From: the human T2T-CHM13v2.0 reference genome, Homo sapiens
Length of the DNA: 64,000 bases
Assembly (NCBI RefSeq): GCF_009914755.1
Contig: NC_060947.1
Reading direction: 5' to 3' (one strand)
Part shown: positions 13,753 to 30,719 of the stretch, piece after piece
Layout of the letters: each line of letters begins with the position of its first letter
Numbering within the stretch: the first letter of the stretch is position 1
The notes under the pieces: model-generated
Told to the model about the DNA's origin: nothing
Database searches by the model: none
The model's input: the letters and a program-made list of their open reading frames with translations, nothing else
Position numbers and translations under genes: made by a program

Positions 13753-15549
13753 GTAAGCATCATACTAAAGGTTAACGAGTGCCCTGCAATCCATTGTAGA
13801 TCATATGCCTGTATAGTACTCTTGCTTTTTAGCGTTTGTTCCATTCAGCCATTATCATGATCCAGGTTTTTTCTACTTAAAATAATGCCGTGAAGGATGC
13901 ACCCCTACCTTAATATACATATATTCAAATGTATTTGAAATAGATGAAATGCATCAGAGTGGGGATTATTTACAAAAGAAAGATTTATTGGAAAGCTTCT
14001 CTCTGATGCATTTAAATCTTGGCTTATTAACTAATTACAGAGGGTAAGGAGAAACTTTAAACTTTAGGAGCCATTGTTTATTGCAGATAAAGCAGAAATT
14101 AAAATAAAGGAGTTCTGAAATGATAAAACAGAATTCAATTTATAAAAGTTTGATTTATACCCAACTTCTCTGGAACCCATGTTTTGCAAGTAGGAAACTG
14201 TTTAAGAATGGTATGTGCTGCCACCTGTTGACTATTTACCGTGAAATGAACAAACTGTTAGAAACTAAAATTGAATATATCATTTTCAAAATTCATGTGA
14301 ATTTGTATTGCAACTTAGTAATTTTATGCCAAATGAGAAATTTTAGGGAGTTCTGTTTTTCCCTATAAAGATAAAACCCCTATAAAAATTATTTTCCCTT
14401 TCTTTTACCTCAATCTTTTCCATGTTTTTGTTGGTTTGAAAGTCTTCTCTCAATCCTCATTTTGAGATAATTTAATTCTAGTATAAAAGTAAAACAAAAA
14501 CTGATTGTCAAGATGACTTATGAAACTTTCAGCTTCCTATTATATAAACCTTTGTCCTCTATAGGCTTATCAGTGCCATAGATACCACTTCTGAAGATAT
14601 CACAATGAATATAACCACACAAAGGCAAACTTTGTATTTCTTATATCTAATCTTCAGACATTCCCTTGAATATAAACTAGTTATAAGTATCTTAATAATC
14701 TGTGGATTATTCTACCTGTAATAGAGAATCATTGTCTGATTGCCCCAGATGATCTTGTACTCTCATAATTGTGTGGTAATAGAATTCAGTAAAGATAAAA
14801 GAGAGTGTACGAGATAATTTATTGCTAGTCTTTTAAAAAACAACATTCCAATCTACTCTTTTTGTGTTCTGTTCTTCTGTGGGTAGGGGTGGGGTGGGGG
14901 AAAAAGGTAAGCACAACAGATTTTGCAGAGATTTGAAAAGCAAATGAAATAATGATCCATGTTTCTCCTCCTGTATTCTTAATTTGGATGATAGTAATAC
15001 TCACCCAACCGCCCCAAACCAGAAACTAGGGACATCCCAAATTCTTCCCACTTCCCCTTCTGTGTTCTCAATTCTGTCCCCTAATTTCCAACCTTAATTC
15101 CACAGTCATAGTTTGAGCCACTATCTTCTCTTTGCCTATTCCTTCCATTCTTCCTTACCCAAGAAGTTAGGGGAGCCCAGTATAACTCCTGTTTCTCCTT
15201 TAAGACTGACACCTCTTTGAGAAGCCTCTCTTGACTAGATGTGATGGCCCTACTGTTGGCTTCCATAGAACTTCGATCATTGCACTTACTACACTGAGTT
15301 GTATTAAAACTTTTAAAGTTCTTTTGGATAAGAACAGTGTCTTATATTCACTGTTGTCTATCCAGCACCCAGCACATAGTAGATACTCAAATTTATGTTG
15401 AATGAATTACCACTTAAACCAGATTTAATTTTGTCTGGGATTACATATTACTAGTTTAAGAATCTTGCGTATTAGCCATTGATTCTTATGGTGATAGTTG
15501 ATTTGCATAACTTTGTAAATACACATAGTTCATGTCGTGTGTCACATCA

Positions 15550-15750
15550 TTGGGCTAAGTTCTATTAGAGCACTGGTTTTCAAACTTAAGTATTCATTGA
15601 GTCACTTGGAGGGCTTATTAAAACGGAAAGGTCACCACCAGAGTTTCTGACTCAGTGGGTTTTGGGTGATGCCTAGGAATTTTCGTTTCTAACAGGTTCA
15701 CAGGTGATACTGATTCTACTAGTCCAGGGACCACATTTTGAGAACCATTG
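15550..15750. mobile_element. MER5A-like hAT MITE
   Basis: cactggttttcaaactt...cacttggagggcttattaaaac...gaccacattttgagaaccattg. Confidence 0.7.
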
Positions 15751-15882
15751 AATAAGGGCCCTACTGTCAATCCTGGCTATACATAAAAATCACCTGGAGA
15801 GATTTTAAACTTTGCTGATGTTTGGACTGTACCTCAGAGCAACTGTGATTTAACATGAGGTGCAGGGCCTGGGCACAGGTAT

Positions 15883-17730
15883 TTTTTATTTTAATTTGAA
15901 ATGATTTCAGACTGACTGACAAAAACGTTTCAAAAATAATACAAAGAATGCCCATATACCATTCACCCAGCTTCTCCAAATGTTAACATATAACCATATA
16001 CAATTATCAAAACCAGGAAATTTGCTGATAAAATGTTATTATCAAAACTATAAACTTGACTCAAATTTCACCAACTGGCCCACTAACGTCCTTTTTCTGT
16101 CCCAGGATCCCACATTGCATTTAATTGTCATGTGTCCTTAGTCTCCAATCTGTGACACTTCTTCAGTCTTTGTCTTTCATGACCTTGACACTTCTGAAGA
16201 TTACTGGTCAGTTATTTTCTAGAGTGTCCCTCAATTTGGGCTAGTCTGCTGTTTCCGAGTGATTAAATTTATTGTCCATTTTTGTCAAGAATACTACAGA
16301 AGTGATGTTGTGCCCCTTTCAGTGCCCCCATATCATACCAGGAAGCACGTGATGTTGGTGTCTTATTAGTGATGATTCAAACTTTGCCCACTTGGTTGAG
16401 GTGGTGTCTGCCAGGTTTCTCCCTTTAAAGTTACTATTTTTCCCTTTGTAATTATTAAATATCTTATAGAGAGATACTTGGAGACTACACAAATGTCCTG
16501 GTACTTATCATACTTCTACCCACTACTTTTAGCAATCATTGATGCTTCTTGCTTGCAGTAATTATTGAAGTATTTACCAAATGGTGATTTTCTGTTTGCA
16601 TCATTCTTTGTACATTTATTGATTAAACTTCTAATATAAGGAAGAGCTCTTCCTTCTCCTCCATTTATTTATTGAGTTATTTATTTATTGTACTATAGGA
16701 TCCTAGACGTTTCTTTCATTCTATAATATCATTCTCATCGTTTATCCCTTGCTCATATCATCCTAGATTTGGTCATTGGGAACTTGTTCAAGTTGGTTTT
16801 TGTGTTCTTTCAACTTTCTTACTTTCTGGTAACACAAGGTGTTCTAGGTCTGGGATTAGCCAACTTTTTCTGTAAGGGGCCACATAGTAAATATGTTAGG
16901 CTTTGAAGGCCTTAAGTCTTCATTTTCATACTCTTATTTTTTTGTTTTTGTTGGTTTGTTTTACAACCTTTTACAACCATGATAAGCACTTTTAGCTATG
17001 GTTTGTAGGCTGGAGTTTGCTGGCCCCTAGGCTAAAATCTAGGTTAACCTTGTACTTTCCCTCTCCTAGCCCTAGAATCAGCCACTTCTTCAGGAGGCCT
17101 TTTACTGGAGAATAGTATTTCAAAACCAGGATCTGAGCAACGGGCATGCTTATTGCTACCGGGGTGTCATTGCTATTGGCCCTTTTAGTGAACAAGACTA
17201 GAAAATATATGTATTTACTCTCACAAATATACACATACATATACATTATTTCTCTATCTGTCATTTTATCTATCTATCTGAAAAACAATGACCCTACTAA
17301 TACATCTGATTCCAATCCCACACGACAGGGTTCATTCTAGCCTCCCCCTTTATTTATTTGTAACTCCTTTCTCCGACAGTGAAAGGAGAAATATTCTTTT
17401 TATCCACAGTATTTTTACTTATTTGTTCAATTATAGAATATACATAAAATAGTTTCAGCATTGCTAACACATACCCCTGTGTAAAACAATGTCAGTAACT
17501 AGTGTACAGTTCTTTTTGTTTTTAGCCTTACAGGTTAGAGTCAAAATACTGTTTTCCAAAGTTATTTAAGTTTAGTTGTTTTCTTCCCCATTCTCTTCAC
17601 ATGGTTATGTATTTCATTTATAATACAATTAAGTTCATTTATTACTGTTTGTATTCAATTCAATTTTGGGCATCCTTCCAACTTCCTGGTTGATTTTTTA
17701 AATCTGTCTATCTATATTTATGTGAATGAA
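15883..17730 (-). mobile_element. Old L1MC-like 3' region inserted into a MER5B-like relic, itself carrying a MER58-like MITE (~16850-17030)
   Basis: T-rich start ttttttattttaatttgaaatgatttcagact...cccatataccattcacccag; MER58-like caactttttctgtaaggggccacatagtaaatatgttaggctttg; MER5B-like halves at ~15766-15882 and ~17735-17785. Confidence 0.6.
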
Positions 17731-18097
17731 GAAGCACTGGTAATTTTTTAAGTGCCCAGGTGATTGAAATGTATAGCCAGATTTAACAGCTTGTTATATT
17801 TAAGGTAAGGAAGAAGTAGAAGACATAATTTTTGCTCTTAAGGAGGCTATAATCTAGGTAGAAATAAGCACATGTACGTGAATCAAAAAAGCAATTATAA
17901 ATCAATATAATAATGCCATATGTGCTTTATGTAAGATATAGCATAAATCATATAATTATTAGAGGTACAGGGAATGAATATGGTAATCAGTGTATGTTGA
18001 AATTAAATAAGAAAGACTTCTTGGAAGTAAATGTTGAATTTTGTCTTAAAAGAGGAGAGGGGCAAAATCATCCTAAAATTGCTATTTCTTTTTAAAG

Positions 18098-18231
18098 ATG
18101 AAAGTCTACAGCTGGTAAACCATGAAGCAAATTCTGTGGCAGTGGATGTTATTCCTCATGTTGACAACCCAACCTTTGAAGAAGACGAAACTCCTAATCA
18201 AGAGACTGCTGTTCGAGAAATTAAATCTTAA
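18098..18231 (+). CDS. RNF128: RNF128 last coding exon (ESLQLVNHEANSVAVDVIPHVDNPTFEEDETPNQETAVREIKS*)
   Basis: aag acceptor after pyrimidine tract; phase matches; TAA stop at 18229-18231. Confidence 0.96.
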
Positions 18232-19530
18232 AATCTGTGTAAATAGAAAACTTGAACCATTAGTAATAACAGAACTGCCAATCAGGGCCTAGTTTCTATT
18301 AATAAATTGGATAAATTTAATAAAATAAGAGTGATACTGAAAGTGCTCAGATGACTAATATTATGCTATAGTTAAATGGCTTAAAATATTTAACCTGTTA
18401 ACTTTTTTCCACAAACTCATTATAATATTTTTCATAGGCAAGTTTCCTCTCAGTAGTGATAACAACATTTTTAGACATTCAAAACTGTCTTCAAGAAGTC
18501 ACGTTTTTCATTTATAACAATTTTCTTATAAAAACATGTTGCTTTTAAAATGTGGAGTAGCTGTAATCACTTTATTTTATGATAGTATCTTAATGAAAAA
18601 TACTACTTCTTTAGCTTGGGCTACATGTGTCAGGGTTTTTCTCCAGGTGCTTATATTGATCTGGAATTGTAATGTAAAAAGCAATGCAAACTTAGGCGAG
18701 TACTTCTTGAAATGTCTATTTAAGCTGCTTTAAGTTAATAGAAAAGATTAAAGCAAAATATTCATTTTTACTTTTTCTTATTTTTAAAATTAGGCTGAAT
18801 GTACTTCATGTGATTTGTCAACCATAGTTTATCAGAGATTATGGACTTAATTGATTGGTATATTAGTGACATCAACTTGACACAAGATTAGACAAAAAAT
18901 TCCTTACAAAAATACTGTGTAACTATTTCTCAAACTTGTGGGATTTTTCAAAAGCTCAGTATATGAATCATCATACTGTTTGAAATTGCTAATGACAGAG
19001 TAAGTAACACTAATATTGGTCATTGATCTTCGTTCATGAATTAGTCTACAGAAAAAAAATGTTCTGTAAAATTAGTCTGTTGAAAATGTTTTCCAAACAA
19101 TGTTACTTTGAAAATTGAGTTTATGTTTGACCTAAATGGGCTAAAATTACATTAGATAAACTAAAATTCTGTCCGTGTAACTATAAATTTTGTGAATGCA
19201 TTTTCCTGGTGTTTGAAAAAGAAGGGGGGGAGAATTCCAGGTGCCTTAATATAAAGTTTGAAGCTTCATCCACCAAAGTTAAATAGAGCTATTTAAAAAT
19301 GCACTTTATTTGTACTCTGTGTGGCTTTTGTTTTAGAATTTTGTTCAAATTATAGCAGAATTTAGGCAAAAATAAAACAGACATGTATTTTTGTTTGCTG
19401 AATGGATGAAACCATTGCATTCTTGTACACTGATTTGAAATGCTGTAAATATGTCCCAATTTGTATTGATTCTCTTTAAATATAAAATGTAAATAAAATA
19501 TTCCAATAAAAGTTTGTGTCTGGTGTTAGT
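18232..19530 (+). other. RNF128: RNF128 3' UTR (~1.3 kb)
   Basis: AU-rich, repeat-free segment from the stop codon to the poly(A) signals; 3' end approximate. Confidence 0.8.
19492..19510 (+). terminator. RNF128: RNF128 distal polyadenylation signals (two AATAAA)
   Basis: AATAAA at 19492-19497 and 19505-19510, followed by GU-rich gtttgtgtctggtgttagttt. Confidence 0.8.
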
Positions 19531-19539
19531 TTAACTATC

Positions 19540-19958
19540 TGTATTAGGATGTTTCTTGTGTCACTATAAAGGAATACCTGAGACTGGGTAATATATAAGG
19601 AAAACAGGATTAATTGGCTCATGGTTTTATAAGCTGTATAGTAAGCATGGGGCCAACATCTGCTTCACTTCTGGTAAGGGCCTCAGGAAGTTTACAGTCA
19701 TGATGGAAGGCTAAGTGGAAACACATCACATGACAAGAGCAGGAGGAAGAGAGAGAGAAGCAAGAGGTCCCAGACTCTTAAATAAGCAGATCTTGCATGA
19801 ACTGAGTGAGAACTCACTTATCACCAAGGGGATGATGCTAAATCATTCATGAGGGATCCACCTTCATGATCCAATCACCCCCACCAGGCCTCACCCCCGA
19901 CATTGAGAATCACATTTCAACATGAGATTTGGAAGGGACAAATATCCAAACCTTATCA
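19540..19958 (-). mobile_element. MaLR solo LTR (MSTB-like)
   Basis: tgtattagg...ggaatacctgagactgggtaat...caaaccttatca; TSD ctatc/ctgtc. Confidence 0.88.
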
Positions 19959-20524
19959 CTGTCCATACACTAATTTTTCTCATATAATATGTCTGGATTT
20001 GGGAGATAAGAAAATGGTTGGATATAAATGGTCATTTATATATTTGATCAATAAACACTGAAACATTAGTATGATATATTTACATATTACATAGAGAGGA
20101 ATGGATGCCATTGTAGTATCATTCAACTTACCATGAATTATTGTTAAATGTCAGCCAGGTAAAAAGGGTTTGACCAGTAATAATATAACATTAAAATAGA
20201 CCTTGATGCCAGTCCATCTTCATGCTATACATGACAGAGGAACTTTTATTACTTTAAAGTTTTTCTTCAGACTTCTCTTTGTCAGTGTGATTGTCAGGAT
20301 GCTGTTAATAAGTTAAGTGCATCTTTCTTTTGTCAAGCATGTTAAGAATACACAGATGCTTGGAACGCCTCAGCACTATGATTATCAAACCAGGTACATG
20401 TGTCTTATGTGACGATATGCCGGGGACGAGGGTGGATGTGTGATGCCTGTATTCTTGCCCTATATTCTTAGATAGTTAACCTCTTTTCAAGTTTTGTGGG
20501 ACTTCTTTGGGGGCATTTTTAAGT

Positions 20525-21050
20525 GTTTTTTAACGGCTGTACTGAAGTATAATTTACCCATTGTAAATATATCATTGGAATGTGTTTAGCAAATGTGTAG
20601 ATATGTACAACTATTACCACAATCCAGTTTTAAAACACTCCATCACCCCAAAACATTCCCTCATGCCCATTTACAGTTAGTTCCCCCTCCCATTTCCAGC
20701 CCCACATCACCACCAATCTGCTGTTTCTATAGATTTGTCTATTGTGGACATTTCATATAAATGGAATCATACATTATAGGCCTTTTGTGACTGGCTTCTT
20801 CCCCTTAGCATAATGTTTTCAAGGTTCCTCCATGTTGTAGCATATAACAGTATTTCGTTCATTTTCCTTGCTGAGCAATATTCTATTGTATGGCTATATC
20901 GTGTGGCTATCCATTCAACAGTTAATGAACCTTTGGACTATTCTAACTTTTTGGCCATTACGGATAATGCTGCTATGCACATTCACATACAAGTATTTGT
21001 GTAGATATATGTTTTAGATTCTCTTGGTTATAAACCAAGGAGAGAAATTC
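20525..21050 (-). mobile_element. Old L1M 3' fragment
   Basis: ggacatttcatataaatggaatcatac...caaggttcctccatgttgtagcat...aatgctgctatgcacattc. Confidence 0.75.
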
Positions 21051-21833
21051 TGTAACACTTGGGAATTTTCTTCCTGCTATTATCATTTGACATTCTTTAG
21101 CCTGAGCATCAGACTTTATGCTACACTCTCACATCGTAGTAAAAATATAAGCTGGTGTTTTTTAACAGTGGCAGTAATATTTGTATGTCTATGGAGTCTC
21201 CAACTTAAGAAGGGTTTTCACAGTTTATTTGTAAGTTTAATGGAATCCAGGTTGTGTTATCTTATAAATAAGAATATACATGGTTCCCAAGTCAATCAGT
21301 AAAAATATATTTAGAGATACAATTGGAATGCTAGGAAGATTCCTTCCCTCACCTACATCTAGTTTCTGTTCACTTATGAAACATTTTATTTAAGTTCTAT
21401 AATGTCTGGAAAAATGTTATCACGTTAGGCTGTAACAAATTTTCAGTTATTCACCTTGTTCATTGCTTTTGTTTGGAGTTAATTTTTTATATTTTTAAAC
21501 ATTGAACAATATAAAATTTAAACAAATATACTACACGAGACTTAAAAGAAATTCATTATTATGATGGGCACTTTGAGAGATAAACGTTCATTATCCTCTA
21601 CCGTCAGAGCTAATGTGAAATTCAGTTTGAGAAACACTATCCACTAGTTCTCAACCTTTTTCTACATAAACAGTCTCATGAATGTGGGACACTAATAGGC
21701 ATACCTAGACATTGATGGTTAAGAGAATAGTATAGATAAATAGGATTTAGCATGGAAGATTAGTGGCAATTTCCCCTTCTAGTTATAATACCAACTGATA
21801 TCCCACATCTAAACCACGGCCTTAGAAAATTAA

Positions 21834-22163
<330 letters not shown>

Positions 22164-22923
22164 TAAACCTTTTTAAAAAGCAATTCAGTTATCTAAAATT
22201 CATTAATAGCCTATTTTTTAAGAAGATATCTATGTGGGTCTTAATGGAAACATGAGTACCCTCAATTTGTTGTAGAGTTTGATTTTCAAATTCTAATTTG
22301 CTTTAACTCAGTGCAACTAAAACGTTAATGTGCCTACAAGTTACTTGGGGATCTTGTTAAAATGCACATTTCAATTCAGCAAGTGTAGAAGGAAGTATGA
22401 GGTTCATAATTTCTAGCAAGCTCCAGGGTGATGCAAATGTTGATGGTCTGGGGTCCACACTTTAAGTAGCAAAGCTTTAAATGGCTCTCTTCTGGCAGTA
22501 GTCCACCTGTTTTGAATCTTACTGCTTCTAAACTAGCTGCAGACTGCAAAAAAAGTATAACCTAAGCTAGTGACATTCCTTTCAAAAAAGCCAGTAAAAT
22601 CCTGAGTGACAGCCTCAGTCTTTCCATAGCACAGGGTTTGGAATTGCTATTTGGGGTTTCCAAATACCTTTTCTTATAGGTGTTTGAGGCTCTTAGAAGG
22701 CTGAGTCAGCTGGAAGACTGACCTTCAGAAAAATGAAGTATTATTTATCTCTACATGGTGTATTATTGGGTCTGTTAATATGTGGCTTGGATAAGTCAGA
22801 AAACAAGAATGGAAGCAGACAGATGAGTTGGGAAGCTATATTATCATATGGCGGGAAAGTGTTGTGAGGCTAATCTAAAGCCATAATAGGCAGATGGGAT
22901 GGACTTTTGAAAAAGAAGTAGAG

Positions 22924-22925
<2 letters not shown>

Positions 22926-22958
<33 letters not shown>

Positions 22959-22976
22959 AGAGAGAGAGAGAGAGAC
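22926..22976. repeat. Compound (GT)n(GA)n microsatellite
   Basis: gtgtgt...gtcagagagagagagagagac. Confidence 0.95.
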
Positions 22977-24999
22977 TGGCCAACCAATGGACTAACACCA
23001 AGTTCTTACTTTCAGTGTCTTGGTAAACAGTGGCCTTTGAACTAGGAAACCTAGTAGGAGAAACATCAACCAGGGGGAATATTGGAAAAATAAGTTTGGC
23101 TTTGAACATATTGTATTTGAGGTAACTATGGACCATATGCATAAGCAGTATAGTGTCATGGTTTGTAATCAGACAAATCTAGGTTCAAATTCCAGCTTTG
23201 CTGTTTATTTAGCTATACGATCTTAAGCAAGTTACTTCTCTGAGCCTCCTTTCCTTCATTCGTAAAGTAAGCATGTAAAAATGTGCAAGCTTATTAATGA
23301 AAATTAAATGACATAATACATATACAGTACCAGTACAGCACCAGTACTGTACCAGCAATGCAGACAGTGTGCAATCCCAGTCCTTCCCCAAGCAATTTAT
23401 ATTGACATTGAATAGAGTGGCACGCTCTATTTTTTTAAGGTGCTTCTAGGAAAATACTTTTATTTGCAAGGGTGCGAAATTAAGTCGTTTATTATTGAGC
23501 CAAAAATTTAGATCACATAAGTAATTTAATTAGAAAAAAATGTTTACATAATTGGTGAAATGTTTATTTACTAAAGCAGGAGCTCTCTAAACGCCCTGCT
23601 GTAAGCCAAAAGTGGCCCTGATCCTGTAACAGGGAGCATGTGGGTATACCTGGAAGAAATTGCAGAGTAAACAGGTAGAAAAGCCATCCAGTTCTGGATA
23701 GCTTTTGCCACACTGTAACCTTTAAGGGTATTGGAAAAGGATGTGGTTTGATGGGGAAGGAAGTAAAAAGGGGAAGGAAAGGTAAAAAGAAAGGAAGATA
23801 TCTCTCAACGTTTGCTACATTTACTGATCTTTCTCCAGGAAGAGAAGAAGAAATTACCTCCCTTAGTACACATTCAAATTGCGATGGCTTTTCCCAAAGA
23901 TACATTGCAGTCTGGACTCTGAAAGGATTATCTCTTTCCAAACTGTCCAGATAGCTGCCTTGGGACTACTTACTGCCATTTAGTAGAAGAGAATCCCAGA
24001 TTGCCCCTTTTCTCATTCACAAGAAAAATCCCTGCTTGGAGCACACGCCTGCCTCACTCGAGATGGCACACATCTTGGAAGGTTACCCCAGAGATGCTCC
24101 TCCAGGGCAGAGTTCCTTGGCTTGGCATCTGCGTGTGCCCCACCCCATTTTTTTTTAATCCACATGACTTTGAGGCTCTATTCTCAAAACAGCTTGCCAA
24201 GAGCCCTTTGCTTATACATGGCCTCCCAACTCCTTCCTCCCTCTAAACTTTTTTTCACTTTTAATGCACTCTTTAATTCCGGTGGACTTAGTTATTGCAA
24301 TAAATAAAAACATCTGTCAAATATTTCCTCACAGCGATATCATGCAAATTATTGACCTCATTCACCTTAGTGTTCAAACCGCTGCGCATCATTGCCAAGA
24401 TACAAAGAGATCAAGTTTGCTTCCAAAGGGATTTTTTTAAGAGTTTAAGAAAAAAAAAAATGCACATAAATTGTTTAGATTCCAAAATAGGAAGCTGGAC
24501 AAGAGATTTTCTGTGGTTCATTACAGCAGTTTAATAAACAGATAGGGGCGACAGTGAAGGAAAGGAGCGGTGCACGGAGTGAAGAAAACGCGTGGCTTCT
24601 GGAAATTTTATATTCTTCCTATATAACCAAAAAGAGCTTAATCTAGGCATGAATTTTGGATTTAGAGAAGGAATCGTATCACTGACTGTGTGACCTTGGA
24701 TAAGTCGCCTCACCCGACAGTGCTTTCCTTTATTAATGTGCAAAGCGGGGACGAATGTCCACTTCGCAAGACTGCTGTGAGGATTACGTGAGATCGCCTG
24801 AGTCTATAGTGAGAGCTCATTAAATGTTAGTTGTTGCTACTGCTACTTCCTGGAATGAACCGATATTCCAAAATTCCAGAAACTTTGTTTTCTACAGTTT
24901 AATGCCTTCGGCTGTAAAATGATAAAAAGAAGCAACACCTTTACACCTGGGACTCACTTATTTGAACCAAAAAAATGCTTTAAACTTCAGATAGGCAAA

Positions 25000-25900
<901 letters not shown>

Positions 25901-27139
25901 CCCTGGGGAGATTAAGTGTATGGGGGATGGGATGGAGTGGGTACGCGGGGATGGTGAGGAGAAAGGGAGGCGCCCCAATCACATCCTGAGAAATAGACTT
26001 CAAAAGAAATATTAGGGAGGAGGGAGAACTGGAGTCAGGAGAGGTGGAGGGGTAGGCTCAGAATTGCTGATCTCTCCCAATTTAGCATCTTTTACTTTGT
26101 CTCCAAGTTTTCAATCTTTGGGATCCCCTCTCAAAGGCTATTAACAACGTCGTAATAAATTAATCTCTTGAGTGACTGGTGCTGCCCCTTCATTCAAAGC
26201 TGTGATTGTAAGCCAGACGGTAAGAGTTTAACTCTTCCTGTCTAACCCACCCTGACCCCAATTCTTAAAAAGTGTTTTTTGGCCAAATGTTTAAAGTTTC
26301 CAGAGAAAGTTATTTTGAGACCACTCATCTTGGGTAGGGATATTTAAAGTTTTGGACGTTGGGAAAGCAAGAGCTCTTTTTCTAATCAATCTCTAATTTG
26401 GTATTGTGACCTTGAAGTGGTAGACCAGGCAGCGTGATGTAATGGAAAGAGGGAAGAGTCCCGAAAACCTGCATTTTAGTCCCATCCTACTCTCTTACTT
26501 GTTGGATGACATTCCTCAAACTCTTTCATTTACTCAACCTTAAGCACCTACTGTGTGCCACAAGGTTCACAAGATTCAGTTTCTTGGCTTTGCAGTGCTT
26601 ATAATCTGGATAAGAAGGGTGGGAAGGTCTAAAGGAAAAAGAAAACCACCTAGTAAACTAGGCAAGTTATAATTCATGGAGGAGATGACCTTGCTTTTTC
26701 TCTCTTGGAAAATGGTGCCTACCTCACAGAGTTGAGAGGATAAAACGAAAGATAATAGCACCAAATCAATGTATGTCGTCAAGATGGTGATAAACGTATG
26801 CTGTTATTTCGTTTTCAAGCCACTCCCGGGGTGCAAAGAATTCTGAGGTTCTACAGGACATTTTTTAAAATTTTGCTAGACCTATTAATCTTATCCAGCT
26901 TCTAAAAAGGCCCTCTCGAAAATATGGCAACAAAAATTGCCCTGTTAAATGTGACATTTTGTCATTTTCTAATTTTTAAAAATTACAAATGCTATTTTGC
27001 AGAAGAGTCTTTCCATTTAATAGATGCAGATATTTTCGAGATCAAAATTTTAGAATCGATGTTCATAATTACCCAGTGACATAAATTATCCACTTGAGTC
27101 CATTGAGAATAGTTCAGGATATATTTAAAATAGATTTCA

Positions 27140-27448
<309 letters not shown>

Positions 27449-27591
27449 TTACAGCCTCAGGAATAGTCTTATAATTTATTTTCGTTCCTCATACTAAAAC
27501 TGTGTTCCTTTAAGTAGGTAAATCAAATTCTTGAAAATATAATCACTGTAATGTAGTATTGCATGTTTTTTTTAACTTGTTGCAAGTTTCC

Positions 27592-27910
27592 TTTTTTTTT
27601 TTTTTTTTTTTTTTTGTTTGAGACAGGATCTCTCACTCTGTCACCCAGGCTGGAGGGCAGTGATAGTGATGTGATTATAGCTCACAGCAGCCTGGAACTC
27701 CTGGGCTCAAGTGATCTTCCCACCTCAGCCTCCGGAGTAGCTAGGGCTTCAGGTACAAGCCACTAAGCCTGGCTAATTTCTTTTTTTTTTTTTAAGAGAC
27801 AGGCTGTGTTGCCCAGGCATGATCTTGAACACCTGGCCTTAGGATCCTCCCACTTTGGTCTCCCAAAGGACTGGGATTGGGATTAAAGGAATGAGCCACC
27901 TCACCCAGCC
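27592..27910 (-). mobile_element. Alu (old AluJ-like, internally deleted)
   Basis: Poly-T, gagacagg, cccaggctggag, tcctgggctcaagtgat ... gagccacctcacccagcc. Confidence 0.88.
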
Positions 27911-29767
27911 TGACATGCTTTCTTCTTAAAGCATGGACCAACTGCACTAGTTTACCTCTATCCTGCCCACTCCATTTACTAGTCCCCATAGTCTAGAATA
28001 AGAGAAATTTGTCTGAAGAAATAAACTAAGATTTCTACCACATATATATGTTGTGACTAGTGATATCCACACTTATTTAGTGGTCAGTTTATAACTCTTC
28101 ATGATTATTTTATCTGTGGTATTGACAAGATGCTTGAAATTACCACATGAGAGCTACCACTGTAATTCCATGTAAATTAAACAAAATGGATAAGAAAGAA
28201 ACAAAGAGGTGCTTTTAAGGTTCATTTGGTTCTTTTTGGTCCAGAGCATAAGTGTGTGCTGATTTTCCTAGCTGCTCAATTACTGTATTCTTACTTAAAA
28301 TCATGAAGCCAAAAGCTTTGTTGTGCTTTACCACAAATCCACATTTGGATTAGCTCTCACAGGAGCTTGACTGTGTGCCAGCATAAGTTTGCCTCTGTTC
28401 ACTTTGTTTGCTAAAATCCAGTGTTATGTGTTATCCCTTTAAAAGATTAGTTTATGCATTTTGTTTAATGAAGAAATGATAATGATCATCTAGAAACCTT
28501 AGTGGTTATACTTTAAGATTTCATTTCTTTGCCATATGATAATTGGTGGTAATCACCAGCAATGTAATGACTCTTAAGTGTGGACTTGATAAAGTTAGTT
28601 GACTCCATTTTTTTCTAATAATGGAATAGCAGCAACAGAGAACTCAAGGATTATTAAAACAAGAGATGAGTTTGTAAGTTAGAATTCTGAGGTACCTCTT
28701 TTAAATTGTTGAAACACTTCTAGTGGATATCTGATAGATTACTGACCATTTGCCTAACTTTATCTTAATTGTTCTGGCTCACAGCAGGATGGAATATCTT
28801 GTGGAAATTTTTGGTATACATAAGCGGTTTTATAGATAAAGCGATTTTCCTTCATTTAGAGAAATAATTCACCCTTCTGGATTTTACGGTCCCCTTATGT
28901 TATCTCTTGCTTCTCCTAGCTAATAATGACTTTTCTATGACACCTACATTTAGCACCTGGTTTTAAAGAGTTAAAACTAATTTATGCATATTTGTCTTAT
29001 TAAGCACAAATCAATTTGCTTTGCTTGGCAGATGGGAACTACTACACGAATGGAGCTATGGGGCTACATTCTACTAAGTACTCTAGTATATGGGATTTAG
29101 GAAGGTCTGCCAATCAGGAAGCCTTCATATAGGTAGTTTTTAAAGAGTATTTTAGTCTTGAATTTTCCATATCTGAATAGTGTAAGCAGGTTCTTCAGTG
29201 TTAGATTGATAAGCTCCCTCAGTAGACCTTTTTTGTGTGGTGTAGAACAAAGCTACGAAGTAAAACTTATTAAAATGGAGAATTTTTAGACATTCTGTTT
29301 CTGATTTCCTTTTTCATCTTGGTACCATTACTTTGAAATTAAATTGTCTGTAAAAACCAGAATATGATAATATTTGAAATAAGCTTTTCATTTTATGATA
29401 TTTATATAGACTGAGCAAATCACTGTGTAAACAATTTGTCATAAACCCATACATAATAAACAATAAGGTAACCTTTTTAAAACCTCTTAGTGACCATCCC
29501 TTGAAAATATAAAGCTTCTTTCCCCTATTTCCTCACCCCAGACTCAAGGAGTCCAACTCTGAAAATGTGCGCCTTAGTTATTAGCAAAATATCCCTGCAT
29601 TTCATGCTTACAAAGGACATATCTGATAAAAAAATTTTGGCCTTCTAAGTACCTGTCTACTGAGATGAGGGTGCCCAAGTGCCAAGCATGACATTTCATT
29701 TAAGGTAAGGAAAGATCTACCCGCCCCCCCCCATACACACACACACAAACACACACACACAAAATTA

Positions 29768-30719
<952 letters not shown>

